A DNA stretch of 63,542 nucleotides, the filler included, from Olpidium bornovanus S191 (taxonomy: Eukaryota > Fungi > Olpidiomycota), in assembly GCA_017911155.1 (NCBI GenBank). It is 28 parts of 28 records of this genome, joined end to end, with 100 filler letters (N's around TTAATTAATTAA, not from the genome) between each part and the next. Parts side by side here need not be neighbours in the genome. Positions count along the whole stretch, not along the records: positions 58,248 to 60,341 come from JAEFCI010003700.1; positions 60,442 to 61,579 come from JAEFCI010011258.1; positions 61,680 to 63,542 come from JAEFCI010004233.1; 25 more parts are not named here. One strand, 5' to 3'. This document shows positions 60,036 to 63,542 of the stretch, in pieces; positions within the stretch are counted from its first letter, which is position 1, and each line of letters begins with the position of its first letter. The position numbers and the translations under genes were made by a program. The notes under the pieces are model-generated. The model made no database searches. It worked only from the letters and a program-made list of their open reading frames with translations, and had not been told where the DNA came from.

Positions 60036-60279
60036 CTGGGGGCGCCGCCGCCCCGGCTCACCACGCGGCCCGCCGGCGTGCGCCAGTTTTTTTTTTTTTT
60101 TTTTTTTTTGGACTTCCTTTCTTGACCCGTCCTTTCTTGACCCCGCTGCGAGACGGCTACGCGACCGGCGGGAGCGTGTTTACAGGGATGCTGGGTGCCC
60201 GGTCTCTCTCGCTCTTCTTTCTCGTCCGGAGCAAACGGTCGTCAGACACGGTAGTGGATGGTGGTTCCCCAGAAAGAAG

Positions 60280-60341
<62 letters not shown>

Positions 60342-60459
60342 NNNNNNNNNNNNNNNNNNNNNNNNNNNNNNNNNNNNNNNNNNNNTTAATTAATTAANNN
60401 NNNNNNNNNNNNNNNNNNNNNNNNNNNNNNNNNNNNNNNNNCCGCACGGCCGTCAGAAG

Positions 60460-61570
60460 GTTGGTTTCGAGGAAGTTTCAACACCAGAGTCAATGCTGTA
60501 CGCACCTGCAGGAACTGACCAAGCGTATGCAGAGGGCTGGCGTTTCCGCCCGTTCGTCATGGAGAAGTGGTTCAAGGCGAAGAGTTTTGCAGCCGGCGGG
60601 TGGTGCGGCGGCAAGGGCAATGTTCCCCGTTTGGATTTACCGCGGGCAACCGGCACGCCAAAAAAAAATGTTGTCATCTTGGATCCCCGGAAATCCTCAG
60701 GTCACGGGGAAGATAGCATTCTAAACGACGGGATGTAAGGAAGGGGTGCCCAGTTTGCCTTTGAAACATATCTCCACTTCGCACGAACAGCGGGGATTTT
60801 TTGTTTTTGCAACGTGCCTTGGCATTACGTCGAACCTCGCGCGTTGCCTCTAATCTCGGGAGTATTTGCTTCTCTTTGTTGCAGCCACGAGGACGAAAAG
60901 GTCCACAATTTGCGCCGGAAAGACAAAAACGAACAGCGCGACGCGGAGGTTGTGGCAGCTGCACCCGAGTACAGTGCGAAGGAAAACGCTGGGCCGAGCG
61001 AGCTGCCGAAGGACTGTTCATCCTTGGAAGAACTGTTTTCGCGCTTCCGAGAACAGTACCTCCTCACTGTTTACGACATGGTGCGGAAATCGGCCCGTTC
61101 GCACCATGTCGCTTCTCGGCATTGTTCGGGATTGTGGGTTCGGGATTGTGTAACTTTCTCGTCTCTAGACTTCTTTAGTGTCGTTCGTTCAGCACACGCT
61201 TCGGCCCACAGAAGCCGAAGCTCGCCGCCTGGACCCACGGGTAGCAAAGGTATGGCGTTTCGAACCGGAAACGCTCAAAAAAAACCAAGAACGCCAAGAG
61301 TGACGGTCTATGCTTTCGCAGGATTCGTTCTACCTCTACCTTCGATCAAGTGTCCTGGCCAGCCTGGACACACTGGATGCGAAACACCAGCATATTCTCC
61401 GTGTCATTAAACACGACGATCCGGGATCGTCAGCCGGGGGGCCTGCTGCCGGCCGAGTCATGGATAACGCGGAGGAGTTGGTCCTACAGGCGTGGAAGGG
61501 ACGCGTGCCAAGAACCAACTCGCTTACAAGAGAGGCCGCAACCAAAGCGTTCAAGGCCCTTCGCGCTAAG
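60460..61570 (+). CDS. Internal exons of an unidentified gene
   Basis: Exons with canonical splice sites, e.g. ...LEELFSRFREQYLLTVYDM-DSFYLYLRSSVLASLD... spliced in phase. Family not recognised. Confidence 0.45.
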
Positions 61571-61752
61571 GAGTGAGGANNNNNNNNNNNNNNNNNNNNN
61601 NNNNNNNNNNNNNNNNNNNNNNNTTAATTAATTAANNNNNNNNNNNNNNNNNNNNNNNNNNNNNNNNNNNNNNNNNNNNACGTTGTCCCCGCGAATTGAA
61701 CGGCCGGATCAACGCGCCATTCCCCTCCCCCCTAACCTCGTCTTACGCGCAG

Positions 61753-63542
61753 GGCAAGCTTTACTTCCTCTTGTCGGAAACCACGCTGAAGGCGTTCATG
61801 GCGAACCCCGACAAGTTCATCGCACAGTCGCCGCGCGTCGCTTCGATGAAGATGTGCATAATGGGCGGCCCGTTTTCCGGAAAGTCGTCTCACGCAAAGC
61901 TCATGGCGGAGCGGTACAAGCTGAAAGTCGTTGACGTCGACGGATATCTCAGCGAGTGGGACCGGTCACCGGCTCAAGAAGAGCTCATGAAAAAGAGCCC
62001 GGTGTACGCCAAGGTTAGGTCCTTACGGTGGATCCTGGCTTAACCCCGTGCGCTCGACCGGATGCCGCCAGACAGGAAGCTGGCGCGCTGACTTACTCAC
62101 GGCCGTCGGACGAACGCCCCGTCGACCCCGCCCAGATCGTTCGCAAGTGCAAAAGCGGCAAGCCAATAACGAGCGACCTCCTCGTGGACGTCATCAAACT
62201 GAACCTGAAAGACAACTCGCAAGTGCGAACGGGTGGCGGTCTCCAAAACCGTGGGCCCGGCCGTACCCTTATCTTTCGACTCGACTAACAACGTGTTTTT
62301 CTATGACCCGCCCCCTGCAGGATTACCGGGGCTGGGTCTTGGACGGATTTCCAAGAACTGCAGACCAGGCGCAGAATCTGATCAACGCGGGGTTGATTCC
62401 GACCTACGCCGTGGTCCTCCAAAACGGTACGGCTCGGCCCGTTTTGCTGGGGTTTGCGGCCACAGTTTGGGTTTTTGCGTTCTTGAGCAGGGCCTTAGCC
62501 GCTTCGGCCAGACATCAACGAGCAGGCGGTGCGGGATCGCGGTTACAACTTCAAGGTCAACTCGAGAACCGGGTGTCCGTCCAACAAGGCGGCGCCGCCG
62601 CCGCCGCCGACCACCGGCAGGAGCGCGGGCCGCTCCGAGTCCGCGACGCGAGCTGCGGCCCAAAGCATTGACATCCTAGAGTTGCCGTTTTTCGACAATC
62701 TTTACAACGGCTTCAAGGAGGAATACGTCGAGGTCATCAGAATCTTGGAGGACGCAGACGTGCAGGTGCTTTCGCTCCAGGCGGAGTTGAAAAAGATGAC
62801 GATTTTCAGCATGATCCAGAACGCGGTCGACCCTTTCGTCCACCGAGCCAGTAGGTGGCCTTGCCGGGCGACCCTGGTTGGAAAACCGGCCCGGAAAATC
62901 TGCAGCTGACGCGGCCGCCGGCCCGGCGGGTACAGAACTTTTCCAGTCCAGCAAGCTGTTGGAGGGAGTCGCGATGGAACTTGGGGCTACGGGGGAGTAC
63001 TGTCCTCACACGCTGAAGACGAGCAAAATCCTTCGCAAAGGGGCGAAGCAACTGGCGTCCATGTACAAGGTTGGCGCCCCCCGCGTCGGCCCCTCGACCT
63101 TCGTGCGAATCCAAAAGCGACGTTGGCCGTAGTCTGTGTGCATCGCACACTTTTCGGGGCAGCTGACGCTTTCGGCCCGTGATCGCAGTCACGGATCTAC
63201 TACGCCGCGAACGAAGACGCGAGGGCTGCGTTCATCACGGAGCCCCACAATTACCTTGCGCAGGACGACGGAAACCCTCTGCCGATCCCTCCGATCAGAG
63301 TTGCAGTTATTGGCGCTCACGGGGCCGGGAAGGTGAAAGCCCTTATATTCAGAAGCCGTTGGGACCACCCGGAACCGTCAAAAAAGTTGACCCCCACACA
63401 CCCCCCTTCTGCCCGAAAGACGACCATACTTTTGCACCCGCAGTTGAGCGCATTCGGTGCGCCCCACGTGGATTTTGATGAATACCTTGAGGCTTACAAG
63501 AACAGGCAGCAACCCGACGTCGCGGCCGAGATCGACTACATG
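61753..63542 (+). CDS. AK9: Adenylate kinase 9-like multidomain axonemal kinase, internal fragment; exons 61753-62013, 62136-62222, 62321-62426, 62512-62850, about 62911-63069, about 63191-63332, 63420-end
   Basis: Tandem AK modules (GGPFSGKS, GWVLDGFPRT..QA, IGAHGAGK-TT) alternating with YHS-like segments (GKLYFL......AFMANPDKF; GEYCP..L...IYY......AF..EP..YL), the AK9 architecture. Confidence 0.85.

Overview
This is not a continuous locus. It is 28 short contigs (about 1-6.4 kb each) joined by 27 artificial 100-nt spacers (N-run + TTAATTAATTAA + N-run), so neighbours across a spacer are not biological. The DNA is from a GC-rich, intron-rich eukaryote with long homopolymer and microsatellite tracts. 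Fungal-type genes (LCL2-like, YHM2, a fungal JmjC family) occur with axonemal adenylate kinase AK9, which points to a flagellated early-diverging fungus; an Olpidium-like draft assembly is my unverified guess. Recognisable genes, mostly partial: PRE6, MED14, SRV2/CAP, U2AF2, MRF1, RPB11, NOT2, BET4, TRS20, RFX, LCL2, a PKA regulatory subunit, JmjC, YHM2, ATRIP/Rad26 and AK9. Decayed transposons include Ty3/gypsy pol, Ty1/copia RNase H, a DDE transposase and an integrase relic. Main oddities: (1) YHM2 needs a single-nucleotide exon (A at 57408, context tag|A|gtgagt) to keep its frame and conserved Tyr, and its first intron has a GG donor; (2) a bacterial/organelle-type tRNA-Arg(ACG) with a Pol III-like T6 terminator; (3) two LTRs inserted exactly into catalytic regions of other transposons, one a complete 645-bp solo LTR with a GCGC target-site duplication; (4) C-to-T-type premature stops at normally conserved codons in two genes on one contig (PKA-R and JmjC); (5) 11 of 27 contig starts begin exactly with CATG. 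All exon models and family calls were made by eye, with no database searches.
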